64,000 nucleotides of DNA from a virus (lineage: Duplodnaviria; Heunggongvirae; Uroviricota; Caudoviricetes), in the IMG/VR virus record IMGVR_UViG_3300007169_000056; one strand, written 5' to 3'. Numbering within the stretch: position 1 is the stretch's first letter; every line of letters begins with the position of its first letter. The notes beneath the pieces are model-generated. The model was not told the origin of the DNA. It saw only the letters and a program-made list of their open reading frames with translations, and did not search any database. Below are positions 44,901-55,465 of the stretch, in pieces. The position numbers and the translations under genes were made by a program.

Positions 44901-46264
44901 AATGTTACTATTCCTGTTTTTTCGTCATTAATTCCGAAACTCACCAAAAACTTATCTTGTTGTATGACCACACCACATGGAAAAACTACTAATGGATTTT
45001 TATCTGGTAGTATTCTTTCATCGGTAGTGTTACCCCAAAGTATTGGTTCTGATGTTATTTCGACAATCCTAAATGGTGGTTTGCTTTCAAATACATACTT
45101 TCCCATAAAGTAATGACGACGGCCCCTATCCCACGGAAGACTACTGTGAAAAAACGCATGATAATAACCATCTTTTAGTATCGGATTAGTTCCTCCTCGA
45201 CACTCACCATATTTCCAATGAGATTTAAGATCAAAATGTGTAATATACTCTGTTACTACCTCACCACTCCAATTCAACTCAAGCACCACATGGGGGTTCA
45301 TTTTGTATATGCACATCAATCTGTCATCATGTACAAAATACGTCCAATTTTTTTCTACCCCGCTGTTTTGTTTGATAGATTTTCCATTAAATCCATATTT
45401 GGTGTGAATGTTGTTAATATGGGTGAACGTATTATCAAATACAAGTATTTTTTGATGTATGTTACTTAAATTTCCATAAATGTAATTTGCACAACTCACA
45501 TATATTTTATCATTGTGAGTAAACACTCTCGGATCTTCATACTGTTCGTCATCAACTTCATCGATAATGTTTAGTTCCAATTTTCTATATGTTCCGAATT
45601 CATACAAATTAAGAGTATTATGCGATATGTTGTTAAAAACAACTTTTGTATTTCTTGTTATGATATAACGATTTTGTCTGAAATCAAAAACAGCAGAATT
45701 GAATTCATGATTTTTTTTGCTATATGTGAATGGAAGAATCTCAACATTTGGCGATTGTTGATTAAAAGGAATTGCAATACGGTTTTGTTCATCAACAACT
45801 TTTTCAAAGTTAAACATAACCGTTTTGTCTTCGACGCTGATATGGTCTTTTTGAAAAAGTTCAATATGTTGCTGACCAAGTTCGTGACTTGAACAAAATA
45901 TTTTAGTAGTATACAATCCGAGTTTGCGAAGATCATTTACAGGCGGTGGGAAATTTGGTTCTGTAATTACAGATATAATATCACCCAAATCTGCTTTTAC
46001 TTTAAGTATGTATTCGCCAGAAGGATGTATTTTAAACTCACGTTTAGATACTCCACATTTGCCTTCGACCATGATTACTAGATTTTTATCAGAACTAGTT
46101 CTGAACACCATGTAGATACATCCAGAATATCGCATCACTAATATTTTGAAAACGGTATCGGTCCAAAAAAATTTGGTTCCGTTTGCATCGGATTCGACTT
46201 CGTGTGGATGAAATCCTTTTAGTTCGAACAATTCACTATCGTATATTTCGCTGTCAAATTTCAT
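44897..46264 (-). CDS. beta-propeller glycosidase/phosphorylase-like protein with N-terminal accessory domain
   Basis: YEDPRVF, EKNWTYF, RGGTNPI, VVFPCG, SFGIND (GH130-like). Confidence 0.6.
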   Translation of the reverse strand: MKFDSEIYDSELFELKGFHPHEVESDANGTKFFWTDTVFKILVMRYSGCIYMVFRTSSDKNLVIMVEGKCGVSKREFKIHPSGEYILKVKADLGDIISVITEPNFPPPVNDLRKLGLYTTKIFCSSHELGQQHIELFQKDHISVEDKTVMFNFEKVVDEQNRIAIPFNQQSPNVEILPFTYSKKNHEFNSAVFDFRQNRYIITRNTKVVFNNISHNTLNLYEFGTYRKLELNIIDEVDDEQYEDPRVFTHNDKIYVSCANYIYGNLSNIHQKILVFDNTFTHINNIHTKYGFNGKSIKQNSGVEKNWTYFVHDDRLMCIYKMNPHVVLELNWSGEVVTEYITHFDLKSHWKYGECRGGTNPILKDGYYHAFFHSSLPWDRGRRHYFMGKYVFESKPPFRIVEITSEPILWGNTTDERILPDKNPLVVFPCGVVIQQDKFLVSFGINDEKTGIVTL

Positions 46265-46812
46265 AGTAATTTTTGAGCTACAAACAAAATATTATATCCA
46301 TCGGTGATTTCATCTTTTATAACACAAAAGTTTTGAAAATGTCGATGATAATATTCGGTCAATTCACCGGGATATCCTTCGTGTTTATGGTTTGGATTAT
46401 CGGGCTGTCCGTTTTTTACTTTTTCACGAAATATATTTTTGTCGGGTATCATGATGACAATGTGTCCTCCAACTTTAAGTACCCTATTCCATTCATTTAA
46501 GATGGGAACCCAATCCTCATAATCCTCAAGCAAATGACTGCTGTACACATAATCCAACACACCATCTTTAAATGGCAGATTTTTTGTTCCATCTCCTTCC
46601 CATTGAATGGGAACATCAACATCAAATCTGTTTCGGTCATATTCAATCTGAATTGAATCCGGATTAACTGGTGATCCCTGTGATCCTACATCTATTCCGT
46701 TACCTTTACAAAAGGGCTGTGTCAATGATCGACGACAATAAGTTTCTCCAAATTGCGTCGTCATTTCCTTTGTTATTTTTTCACAATATTGTTTCATAGA
46801 AATTTGTTGCAC
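46261..46812 (-). CDS. class I SAM-dependent methyltransferase (type 11-like)
   Basis: GIDVGS, DYVYSSHLLED, RVLKVGG, NPNHKH. Confidence 0.85.
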   Translation of the reverse strand: MQQISMKQYCEKITKEMTTQFGETYCRRSLTQPFCKGNGIDVGSQGSPVNPDSIQIEYDRNRFDVDVPIQWEGDGTKNLPFKDGVLDYVYSSHLLEDYEDWVPILNEWNRVLKVGGHIVIMIPDKNIFREKVKNGQPDNPNHKHEGYPGELTEYYHRHFQNFCVIKDEITDGYNILFVAQKLL

Positions 46813-47432
46813 CGAGGGTCGTTTTTTATAACATCTAGCCGATTGTGTGGTCGTTTGATATACGCATTACCATAATGGACAAGTTTAGACGATTCATATC
46901 CATCGATTCCATAACATTTTTCAATGTCCAACATCAAATCGGGTCGAATTGTTTTTGACAACAAATATAAGTCTGATAAATGAGGACTTGTTTTGCCATT
47001 CAATGTTATAACGTCTGTATCGGTAACAGTATAGTTTTGAATTGTTTCAACTACATGGTTATAAAAACTTATAGGGCCAAATACTGTGGATCCACCTATC
47101 TGACATGTAGTGGTTACAATTTTATCACCATAATCGATTGGTTCGAATCCATAATTGATAACATCATAGTCGGTAAACCATCCACCTCTCGACGACATCG
47201 GTAGCCATCGAAGATAACACATTACTTCAAACTCCAAACCATTTACTGTTGGAAATTTTCTACAAATGGTATTAAAAGTCTCATAATTGGGATGTGATGT
47301 TACATCATCCATCATTAATACTACGGGCGTCCATCCATAATACGCCCAACTTTTACTCCACAAATCAATAAGTTTAATCTGATCGTTGTGTATTAAATCG
47401 ACCAACTTATGATAAAACGTATAAATTTTCAT
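46794..47432 (-). CDS. glycosyltransferase-like hypothetical protein
   Basis: CYLRWL, GGWFTDYDV, LVHY; lies in the glyco operon. Confidence 0.55.
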   Translation of the reverse strand: MKIYTFYHKLVDLIHNDQIKLIDLWSKSWAYYGWTPVVLMMDDVTSHPNYETFNTICRKFPTVNGLEFEVMCYLRWLPMSSRGGWFTDYDVINYGFEPIDYGDKIVTTTCQIGGSTVFGPISFYNHVVETIQNYTVTDTDVITLNGKTSPHLSDLYLLSKTIRPDLMLDIEKCYGIDGYESSKLVHYGNAYIKRPHNRLDVIKNDPRCNKFL

Positions 47433-50400
47433 TTTTCCTCTACAATAATCTCTCTGTAGTTTTCTTTTGTTTTGAAGTTATTACGGCTGTCAAAAATACA
47501 ATCTTTGGCATGACTACTATATTCTTGAATAATAGATTTATTCATCGCGACGGCGAGTGACATTGGAAACGATTGGTTTCCGATGAAACATTCTGATCCG
47601 TTTATTATTTCAGCCAATTGCAATGCGTCTTTTACTTTTACATGTTCGATAGGACCAAAATTTTCACAGAAATCTAAGTGTTCATCATCCAAACCAACAA
47701 ATATACAGTCGTTTTTTATGATGTTATATATGTCTTTCCATGGAAATGTATCATCTCGATATCTCTTGGAACGAGAAACCACATATTTTTTGGTAACGGT
47801 TTTTTCAACTTCAATCCACGACTGTGTATCATCAAACATCCCTCTCAACCCAACAAAATCTAAGTTCATATCAATCAACCTGTCGATTTTTTGCGAAGAC
47901 CTGTACGTGGAATCGTTCCAATAATACCTAAATTCGTTAAAATTGTAATCACATTGGTTTTCCGTTTCATCGGAGTATGATACGGAATGCAAATAACCTA
48001 CCTTTTTAAGAAGAGGTAGAATGAATTCGTATCGTTTGAAAGTCATTGGCTCTCTCGTACAAAATCCAGATGTCGAATTTGACTGATTGCCAATTATTAA
48101 ATGACCCCCTCCAATCGTTTTTATTGCTGGCAACGAATATATGATATCACCTAGATCTCCACTGTGGTAAAATTTGTATACACCATCTTTCGGTGGACAC
48201 CACTTGTTTTTCACCGGATGTATTGCTGCAAAATTATGTTTGTTATTGTATACAAATTTTGGTGTAACAATACTATCAACATTAGATGCTATTGTGCCGC
48301 AATGTACAACTTTATTTTTTGCCTCTGCCATTCCAAGCGTATCAACTATAACCTTCCCAGTGTCTAAATCCCAAGTAAACCATTTGTCTAAAATGACATT
48401 TAAGTCTCCGTTCAATAGGTCATAAAATGCCTGAGTTTTATAAACTGAACACGCTCCGTTTGTCCAAATATAATGTGGACTCTTACCAGAAACATCTCCT
48501 TGAGAAATGCAAGGGAAAGTTTTGTATGATGTATTTTCATCAATTCTATCGTGATTACATACCTCAACATCTGATAACCATTTCAACTCATCGTTATCAG
48601 TAGTATATTTGCTTACATTAAGCGATCCGTAACAGTAAATGTCGTTATCAATTGCTGTCTTAAATAAGTCATAATCCCAATTTTCTTTCAAAAATCTACA
48701 ATCGGATTCAACCATTAAAAAATAGTCTAATTCATATTTCTTTGCAATAATGAGGCTCTTATAAAAAGTCCACAATCCGATTGAGTCTTTATTTTTCTTT
48801 ACGACTGACAAAGGATCTTCGACTCTTATTGTATTATCCCATCCCGAATCAGAAAATAGTATTACTCCTGCATATGATTTGCTTGAATGAATGTGTTTAT
48901 AAAATGTATTATTTGCATTGGAAATATCGGGTTTTGGTATATATCCAACTATTCCTACTTTCTTTCCTTCAATTTCTTTTGGTTCAAATCTAACAAGTCC
49001 ACTGAAGTTAGACTTCATATTTTGCTTGAAGACATGATTTATAATGTTTACGTTTCGTCCATTAACGAATATATTTTCGATTACTGCTCCCAAAATGCGA
49101 TGATCATCTGTATTTGTCAACTCTCTTGGACAAAATGATTTATGCCATGTCAATTTTACCTCTGGAAGGGTTGTTGTAAATGTTATATTGTTTTGTCCGT
49201 GGCTGATATCAAACTTTATGTCAATCTCTTCATTTTTTACGCACACATATTTATTTTCGCCATAGTGATTAAACAATGTGATTGAGTAAGTGTACTGATT
49301 ATATGGATCCAATACCGAAATATGACACGATTCTTTTGTCCAACTAGATACGTTTCCGTTTTTTGATGGATCAACATTAAAATTTTCTCTTGGATAGAAC
49401 CCAGAAACCAATGAAATCTCAACATCATGTTTTCTTGAATGAACATATTGAAGTTTCATCAAAGTCTGAGCATGAGTAATAGATGGTTTTGCCCATTTGT
49501 ATGTGTTGTTTAAATGGATATTATAGAAAATGGGATCTGTTACGTTTTGTAATTCGTAATCTACTAGTCCATGATATGTTTTTGGTATAAATTCAGTGTG
49601 TCCACCATAATTTGTGACAATAACTTTTTTCCCACGATTATATGCTTCAAATATACCCAATCCAAATCCTTCGGTCCTTGTCAGTTGTATATAACAATCA
49701 CACTGATCGTGCAATGACTGTATGACATCATATGACAATTGATCTTTTAAGTACACGATAGGTGCATGACCCGCATCTGATCGGTGATTTTTTATAATAG
49801 TTTGTATTTTGTTTCTACAAATTTCTATCTGTTCATTTGAGTAATTTTTCCCAAATGTTTTTACAATCAAGATTACATTGTCTGTTCTTATAAATGTTTT
49901 ACAGAAAGATTCTATTGTTTCTTCGATACCTTTTCTTGTAATGAATTGACCAATTGTATAAAACTTATACGACTGTTTAAAATCAATACTGTTAATGTCG
50001 CCGTCAAAAAAAACTTCTCCAAATGAAGAGATTATTTGACGAAGGTCTTTGTTTTTATACGGAAACGTAACATGTATATGGGGTTCGACAACTATAGGTT
50101 TTATCACTCCACTTTTTTCAAAAGTGTCTTTGTTCCATTGTGTTGGAACACTTACGATATTAACCCGGCTTTGGTTTATACAATTTACTAACTCGACCGG
50201 AAGTTGATCAAACTCCCACACGGTTCTACCTATTACATATCTATTTGTACCGATTTTCTCTTTTGATAGAAGAGACTCCCAAATGTTTGGTGTTGTGTGT
50301 ACAATGACTGTATCATAAAAATGACCTACGGATTGATTATGTGATGTGATATATTCATCAAATTCAGTCTTTTCTACGTTCCGAGAATCATCCAAATCGA

Positions 50401-50566
50401 CAGTCTGTATTTTTACCGAAAACTTTTTTTGGATCAAATCATAAATATATCCTTTAGCAGCGTTTGCGTATCCGCTTGTACCCGATTGTGTTATATACAA
50501 AATCTTGGATTTATCACGGAGTGAACCTACATAAGTTGGTAAAATGTTGAAAACAGACTTGTCCAT
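47429..50566 (-). CDS. multidomain glycosyltransferase (GT4 + accessory domain + GT-A-like + GT9-like)
   Basis: SGYANAA/TVWE/TRKG/TEGFGL (GT4); MVESDC; HSGDLGDIIYSLP..FIGNQS (GT9-like). Confidence 0.75.
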   Translation of the reverse strand: MDKSVFNILPTYVGSLRDKSKILYITQSGTSGYANAAKGYIYDLIQKKFSVKIQTVDLDDSRNVEKTEFDEYITSHNQSVGHFYDTVIVHTTPNIWESLLSKEKIGTNRYVIGRTVWEFDQLPVELVNCINQSRVNIVSVPTQWNKDTFEKSGVIKPIVVEPHIHVTFPYKNKDLRQIISSFGEVFFDGDINSIDFKQSYKFYTIGQFITRKGIEETIESFCKTFIRTDNVILIVKTFGKNYSNEQIEICRNKIQTIIKNHRSDAGHAPIVYLKDQLSYDVIQSLHDQCDCYIQLTRTEGFGLGIFEAYNRGKKVIVTNYGGHTEFIPKTYHGLVDYELQNVTDPIFYNIHLNNTYKWAKPSITHAQTLMKLQYVHSRKHDVEISLVSGFYPRENFNVDPSKNGNVSSWTKESCHISVLDPYNQYTYSITLFNHYGENKYVCVKNEEIDIKFDISHGQNNITFTTTLPEVKLTWHKSFCPRELTNTDDHRILGAVIENIFVNGRNVNIINHVFKQNMKSNFSGLVRFEPKEIEGKKVGIVGYIPKPDISNANNTFYKHIHSSKSYAGVILFSDSGWDNTIRVEDPLSVVKKNKDSIGLWTFYKSLIIAKKYELDYFLMVESDCRFLKENWDYDLFKTAIDNDIYCYGSLNVSKYTTDNDELKWLSDVEVCNHDRIDENTSYKTFPCISQGDVSGKSPHYIWTNGACSVYKTQAFYDLLNGDLNVILDKWFTWDLDTGKVIVDTLGMAEAKNKVVHCGTIASNVDSIVTPKFVYNNKHNFAAIHPVKNKWCPPKDGVYKFYHSGDLGDIIYSLPAIKTIGGGHLIIGNQSNSTSGFCTREPMTFKRYEFILPLLKKVGYLHSVSYSDETENQCDYNFNEFRYYWNDSTYRSSQKIDRLIDMNLDFVGLRGMFDDTQSWIEVEKTVTKKYVVSRSKRYRDDTFPWKDIYNIIKNDCIFVGLDDEHLDFCENFGPIEHVKVKDALQLAEIINGSECFIGNQSFPMSLAVAMNKSIIQEYSSHAKDCIFDSRNNFKTKENYREIIVEEK

Positions 50567-50573
50567 ATGAAGA

Positions 50574-50777
50574 TTATTGTCGTGGGTTTTTGAACTCTAC
50601 AATTATATCCGGATACTTTCCAACAAACATTCTAAACTGTGCTACTTCCAACGCCGGATAATAATGTGTTTCGACGACAATCTTATTAGATTGTTCGGAT
50701 TCGTAATTGGCAAACTTAAACCATTGTTTGTGAGCCCAATTGTCCCAAATTTCTTTTAGTATCTGTTTCTTATTCAT
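50574..50777 (-). CDS. hypothetical protein
   Basis: ORF track. Confidence 0.55.
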   Translation of the reverse strand: MNKKQILKEIWDNWAHKQWFKFANYESEQSNKIVVETHYYPALEVAQFRMFVGKYPDIIVEFKNPRQ

Positions 50778-51141
50778 GTTGTGTCTTTGTTTCTAACAAT
50801 TTTCCTTCAAAAAACTTTTCTTGCAATCGACGTTTACAAAAAAATCTCTCCATATTAGCATTATCAATATCTTTTCCAACAGATACTTCATTACTAGAAC
50901 GTATTTTGTCTACCAAATGAAATGTATCTTCGTTTGCTCTAAACAAAGATCTATATTCTTTAGAGTTCATGATATCCCTCATTTTTTCATAACCAAAAGT
51001 TTGCTCTAATTCATTGAACAAACAATTGTATGCGATAGAGCTTGATTTGTGTCTCAGAGGGTCAGTACAGTTGATCATTTTGACAGCATAAATACTCAGG
51101 ATATCGAAAGCATATGCTTCGTCTACACTTATTTTTACCAT
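50770..51141 (-). CDS. hypothetical protein
   Basis: ORF track; VDEAYAFDILSI motif. Confidence 0.65.
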   Translation of the reverse strand: MVKISVDEAYAFDILSIYAVKMINCTDPLRHKSSSIAYNCLFNELEQTFGYEKMRDIMNSKEYRSLFRANEDTFHLVDKIRSSNEVSVGKDIDNANMERFFCKRRLQEKFFEGKLLETKTQHE

Positions 51142-51149
51142 GTTGATAA

Positions 51150-51338
51150 TTATCCGCCGATTGGAATGATCTTTATTTTTATTTTGTTGGCTTTGGCATA
51201 ATCATACACATTATTGTCTTCTGTGTAAGGGTATCCATTAGAATAAATTACGAATTCACGATTTGTGCATCCATTTTCTATTCTATTAAACCAAGATTTA
51301 GATCCAAACATTTGTTTTATTTGATCGATACGTTTCAT
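51150..51338 (-). CDS. hypothetical protein
   Basis: ORF track. Confidence 0.55.
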   Translation of the reverse strand: MKRIDQIKQMFGSKSWFNRIENGCTNREFVIYSNGYPYTEDNNVYDYAKANKIKIKIIPIGG

Positions 51339-52303
51339 TTTCTAAGATCTGTAAGAAGTTTACTAATACATGCCATAAAAGACACTTCTTTCAATGCACC
51401 AACAACCAATGCACTCTGATACATATATTCTGCAATGATAACAGTCGCAATTACTTGTTTTCCCGGAGCATACTCGTCAACTTTGTTATACAACAATTCA
51501 AAGTATTCGTCAAATTGTGTAATGTCCGCATCCGCAATAAATTGCCGAATCTCGTTGAACGCAGCAGGCTTTCCAATTCCATTTTTCAACTGATAAATCA
51601 ACTTTTCATGAATGTCTGTTTTAAGAGCGTTCTCCTTTGAAATTTTCAACACACCGTTGATAGAATTCTGTTGAGAAAAATTGATGACCTTACGAATGTC
51701 GGGATAATACGTGTTAACAATATATCCAATGTCTTCTGGTGTGTATGACACCTTTTCGTCATTAAGAATCTTAGTCAAATGAATCGCCACCTCTCTTTTA
51801 GAAAGAGGAGAAATCTGATATGTCTGACATCTTGACACCAATGGTCCGATAATTCTTTCATAATAGTTACACGTAAGAATAAACCGGGTAGTAGCAGAAA
51901 ACGTCTCCATCATGTTACGTAGAGCCGCTTGTGAGTTTGCTGACAAATAATCGCACTCGTCCAGAATTACCACTTTTAGTGGTTTGAAACCAGCAGATGA
52001 TGCAAAACTTTTGACCCTAGTTCTAATGTTTTCCACACCTGTTTCGTCAGATGCGTTGACATACATCACATCACAATTGATGTTTTTTGTAATCAATTTA
52101 GCCAGTGTGGTCTTTCCTGTACCAGCACCACCATAAAACAACAGATGTGGAATGTCTTTCTTTTCTTGCAAAAGAAACCCAATGGTTGTCTTCAATGATT
52201 CATTTCCAATGTAATTTTGCAAAGTAGTTGGTCGATATTTTTCGACCCACAACGAGTGTGCATTGGTTTCTGGTCTAACTTCTTCTTCAAATAGGTCATT
52301 CAT
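51335..52303 (-). CDS. clamp loader AAA+ subunit (gp44/RFC-like)
   Basis: LWVEKYRP, GGAGTGKTT, NASDE, ILDECD, SRC. Confidence 0.95.
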   Translation of the reverse strand: MNDLFEEEVRPETNAHSLWVEKYRPTTLQNYIGNESLKTTIGFLLQEKKDIPHLLFYGGAGTGKTTLAKLITKNINCDVMYVNASDETGVENIRTRVKSFASSAGFKPLKVVILDECDYLSANSQAALRNMMETFSATTRFILTCNYYERIIGPLVSRCQTYQISPLSKREVAIHLTKILNDEKVSYTPEDIGYIVNTYYPDIRKVINFSQQNSINGVLKISKENALKTDIHEKLIYQLKNGIGKPAAFNEIRQFIADADITQFDEYFELLYNKVDEYAPGKQVIATVIIAEYMYQSALVVGALKEVSFMACISKLLTDLRK

Positions 52304-52306
52304 AGT

Positions 52307-52840
52307 TTATAAGTGTGCTAACAATACATCATTCTCGACATATCCATCAAGATATTTCAATTTGTAATCGGAGTTGATTTCTTTTATTTTTGTAATGATA
52401 TCGGTCACATCAAACTGATTGCTTCGTACATCTGTTTTTTCGTAATGAAAGTGGGTCTTATCTTTCACCCAACATCTCAAATCATCAATCAATATGGTAT
52501 GTGATTTTATATAGTGATTTTTAATCGATTCTAATTCCAACAATAATGGCGAATTATAATCTCCTAGAGCAGTGTCACCACCAGAATAATGACCATCAAG
52601 CCAAAACGTACACACACATTCAACGTGTTCAAGCACTTTTGGCAAAACTTTATAGGAATCCCCGTGGATTATTTTTACATGGGGATGGAATCTAAACCGT
52701 TCACAACAAATATTGTAGTATTTTTCTGACAACTCAATAGATACTACAGATTTGTATCCCAACTCTAAAGCTTGTTCGATTCCATCCCCAATAAATGATC
52801 CGGTTTCTATAAACAGATCTCTAGGATATATGTCTTCCAC
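52307..52840 (-). CDS. methyltransferase-like protein
   Basis: FIETGS..GDG, SIEL, FWLDGHYSGG, ILIDD. Confidence 0.7.
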   Translation of the reverse strand: MEDIYPRDLFIETGSFIGDGIEQALELGYKSVVSIELSEKYYNICCERFRFHPHVKIIHGDSYKVLPKVLEHVECVCTFWLDGHYSGGDTALGDYNSPLLLELESIKNHYIKSHTILIDDLRCWVKDKTHFHYEKTDVRSNQFDVTDIITKIKEINSDYKLKYLDGYVENDVLLAHL

Positions 52841-52841
52841 A

Positions 52842-53585
52842 TTAATCAGCCGACTGAACCTTGGTCATGTGATATGTAGCAACAAAGTCGCCACAAATAA
52901 ATTGTACAGATGCAAGTCCCGATTCAGACACTTTGAGTACAGCATTTTCACAGTCTCCATTAGCATCCAAAATAGATTTGAAATACGTGGCGTTGAAACT
53001 CAATTCACTCTTGATGGTATCCTTTCCATCAACCGCTGGTACATCCAAAGTTACTCTATTACTGTTGATTGAACTATATCCAATAACCATCTGCAACTTC
53101 TTGCTCTTTTTGCCCATCAAAAATGTTAGCTTCTCTTCATCAGACAAAGCGTCCTTAGCACTTTTGAACTTGGAGGTAAAATCCTTGGTGAGTTCAATTT
53201 CTACTTCATATGGAGGGGTTTTCTTAAGACTCGATGACTTAGGAATAACAGTCAATTCAGCCGTCATAAACTGAATCTCCGTATTCACGTCTGAAAGGTT
53301 CAATGACGTGATTTTTCCATCATTCTCATTAACTGATACAGAAACCTCTTCGGAGAGTGCCTTGAGCATTTTTTCAAGTCTATCAGTTTCATAGACACCG
53401 ATCTCAACGTCATTGGTCAAATCGGTAAAATTGTTCCATACCAAATCAATCAGAAGCGTTTTGTCTTCTGTTATTGCTTTCACACTAAGTGTCTTGTCGG
53501 CAGTGCTGACGGCCCACTTTACTGCATTGATCGTCCCTTTGAGGGAGTATTTTGAAATAAACTTTTGTAGATTTGTTTTTGTCAT
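52842..53585 (-). CDS. sliding clamp (gp45/PCNA-like)
   Basis: 247 aa alpha/beta protein near the clamp loader and PolB; EIGVYE..L and FNATYF patterns. Confidence 0.7.
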   Translation of the reverse strand: MTKTNLQKFISKYSLKGTINAVKWAVSTADKTLSVKAITEDKTLLIDLVWNNFTDLTNDVEIGVYETDRLEKMLKALSEEVSVSVNENDGKITSLNLSDVNTEIQFMTAELTVIPKSSSLKKTPPYEVEIELTKDFTSKFKSAKDALSDEEKLTFLMGKKSKKLQMVIGYSSINSNRVTLDVPAVDGKDTIKSELSFNATYFKSILDANGDCENAVLKVSESGLASVQFICGDFVATYHMTKVQSAD

Positions 53586-53609
53586 ATTTGTAACTATTTT
53601 ACTTTAACT

Positions 53610-53638
53610 ATCTTAACTCATGAACAACACATTGTCCA
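53610..53638 (-). promoter_or_regulatory. sigma70-type promoter of the clamp operon
   Basis: TGGACA-N17-TAAGAT. Confidence 0.6.
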
Positions 53639-54082
53639 TTAATTATATTGTTTTGCAAATTTTTGTGGATAGTCGGTACATATAGCATAACATTGATCAA
53701 TATCTCCGTTATAACCATGTTCCGGCAACACACAAATGCTGTTTGGGTATAACTTTTTACCCGGAAATGTCCATATGTAGTTTTTATTTGTCAATACCCA
53801 GTCTTCATTAGTATGCCAAAATACATTCCCATATGTGTTGGTTTTGAGTTCATAAAACGCATCACCATTTTTTGCATGAAGCCACAACCCCGTTTTAAAT
53901 AAAAAATCATATGGTATTACGTATTGGGGTTCATCGTGTCCAAGATACCAATTATCATTAATATACCAAACATCTATTTCGACCTCATAACCCTTTTTGA
54001 AAGCATCTTGGATGTATGATGGATGGTTTTCTTTTTCTGGTTTGGGACCGCGAATGTTTCCTCTGTGTGATATAATTTTCAT
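53639..54082 (-). CDS. GDPD/PI-PLC-like small phosphodiesterase domain
   Basis: ISHRGN, EN, VEIDVW, LGHD, WLHAKN, ICTDY. Confidence 0.75.
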   Translation of the reverse strand: MKIISHRGNIRGPKPEKENHPSYIQDAFKKGYEVEIDVWYINDNWYLGHDEPQYVIPYDFLFKTGLWLHAKNGDAFYELKTNTYGNVFWHTNEDWVLTNKNYIWTFPGKKLYPNSICVLPEHGYNGDIDQCYAICTDYPQKFAKQYN

Positions 54083-54097
54083 GTTACATCATATAAC

Positions 54098-55459
54098 TTA
54101 TTTGTAATTCTTCAAAAACTGCTCCAAATCTTCGGGTGTACCAAGTCCCCACATTTTTTCTATGTTAAACGTTCTTATTTTCTTGCCATCCGCAATAGCT
54201 TCATTAAATACCGGACATACGTAAAATTCGTTGTTGACCCGAGTGTTTTTAGCAATCATTTGTTCAGCGTACTTAACATAATCACTTCCTTTTCTCCAGT
54301 AGTATATGCCTACAGTTGCAATATCGCTTATAGGACGCTTTTCCGCTACCTCCGTCACATAACCCAAATCATTTACTTTAACGTAACTCCACTTAGGGTG
54401 TGTAGATGTAAACGTCAAAATATTTCCATCCAAATCAGCAGTGGTCGATGTATAAATAAACTCTTCATTGTTCCACTCAACAAATTGGTCGCTGTTTGCG
54501 ATAATCAATGGTTCGTCTGTATCAATATACTGTTTTGCTAACAATGTTGTACACGCTGCTCCTTCTGTAATTCCGTCAATCTGAACAATTTCGTTGTTAG
54601 GACAAAAATTACTAAGTGTTTCTTTTAAGTTATATTTTTCAAAATGGCTGCGTTGTACGATGAAAATATATTTAGCTTCTACATTTAAGTTGTCCACAAC
54701 CCATTGAATCATCGGTTTTCCACGAACATCGATCAATGGTTTAGGAAACGTATATCCCGCTTTCTCAAACCGACTTCCCGCACCCGCCATTGGTATTATT
54801 ACGTTCATTTTTCCTCCTTGCCACTTTGGAACTTTTACATTTTTATTGATACAATCTATACGTTCCATGATGTGTTCATATGTTACATCAGATGGATTGT
54901 TTACTCCAAGTAAATATGATCCACTGTTATTTGCAGCATTACGACCAATAACACTATCTTCTACAATTAGAGTTTCTTTTGGTGTAAAACCGGCGTTAAT
55001 CATGGATCTCAAATATATTTCCGGATGTGGTTTGTGGTGTTTAACATCCTCGTTAGATAAATAAAAATCAACATACTCCATTATCCCCAACTTCAAAAGT
55101 GTAATTTTAACACTATCACGAATACTATTGCTAGCTACCGCGATAGTATATTTTTCTTTTAATTTTCTAAGAACCTCTATAAGTCTATTATCTGGTTTCA
55201 ATTCACGTAACATTTGTGAAGTATACAACTGTTTACGCAACCATATACTTTCAAACTCCATTCCGGACAATCCTTTTTCTCGACCGAGTAAATTCAATTT
55301 CTTGTGGGTACTCAATCCATCATATTTGGCAAGATGTTCGTCATAACTAATTTCGTACTTTGGATCAACGTCGCGTAACGCTTTATTGAACGCATCATAG
55401 TGAAGTTTTTTGGTTTCTACCAAAACACCATCCAAATCAAAAACAACTAGTTTAATCAT
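54098..55459 (-). CDS. HAD phosphatase fused to a BcbE-like sugar nucleotidyltransferase
   Basis: FDLDGVL..KPHP..EDS; IPMAGAGSRF..PKPLI..NSDQ..GLGTPEDL. Confidence 0.85.
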   Translation of the reverse strand: MIKLVVFDLDGVLVETKKLHYDAFNKALRDVDPKYEISYDEHLAKYDGLSTHKKLNLLGREKGLSGMEFESIWLRKQLYTSQMLRELKPDNRLIEVLRKLKEKYTIAVASNSIRDSVKITLLKLGIMEYVDFYLSNEDVKHHKPHPEIYLRSMINAGFTPKETLIVEDSVIGRNAANNSGSYLLGVNNPSDVTYEHIMERIDCINKNVKVPKWQGGKMNVIIPMAGAGSRFEKAGYTFPKPLIDVRGKPMIQWVVDNLNVEAKYIFIVQRSHFEKYNLKETLSNFCPNNEIVQIDGITEGAACTTLLAKQYIDTDEPLIIANSDQFVEWNNEEFIYTSTTADLDGNILTFTSTHPKWSYVKVNDLGYVTEVAEKRPISDIATVGIYYWRKGSDYVKYAEQMIAKNTRVNNEFYVCPVFNEAIADGKKIRTFNIEKMWGLGTPEDLEQFLKNYK

Positions 55460-55465
55460 AATTTA

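Noticed and set aside
47140-47150. GGTTCGAATCC T-loop-like motif suggesting a tRNA
   Set aside because: It lies antisense within a coding gene, with no acceptor, D or anticodon stems around it.
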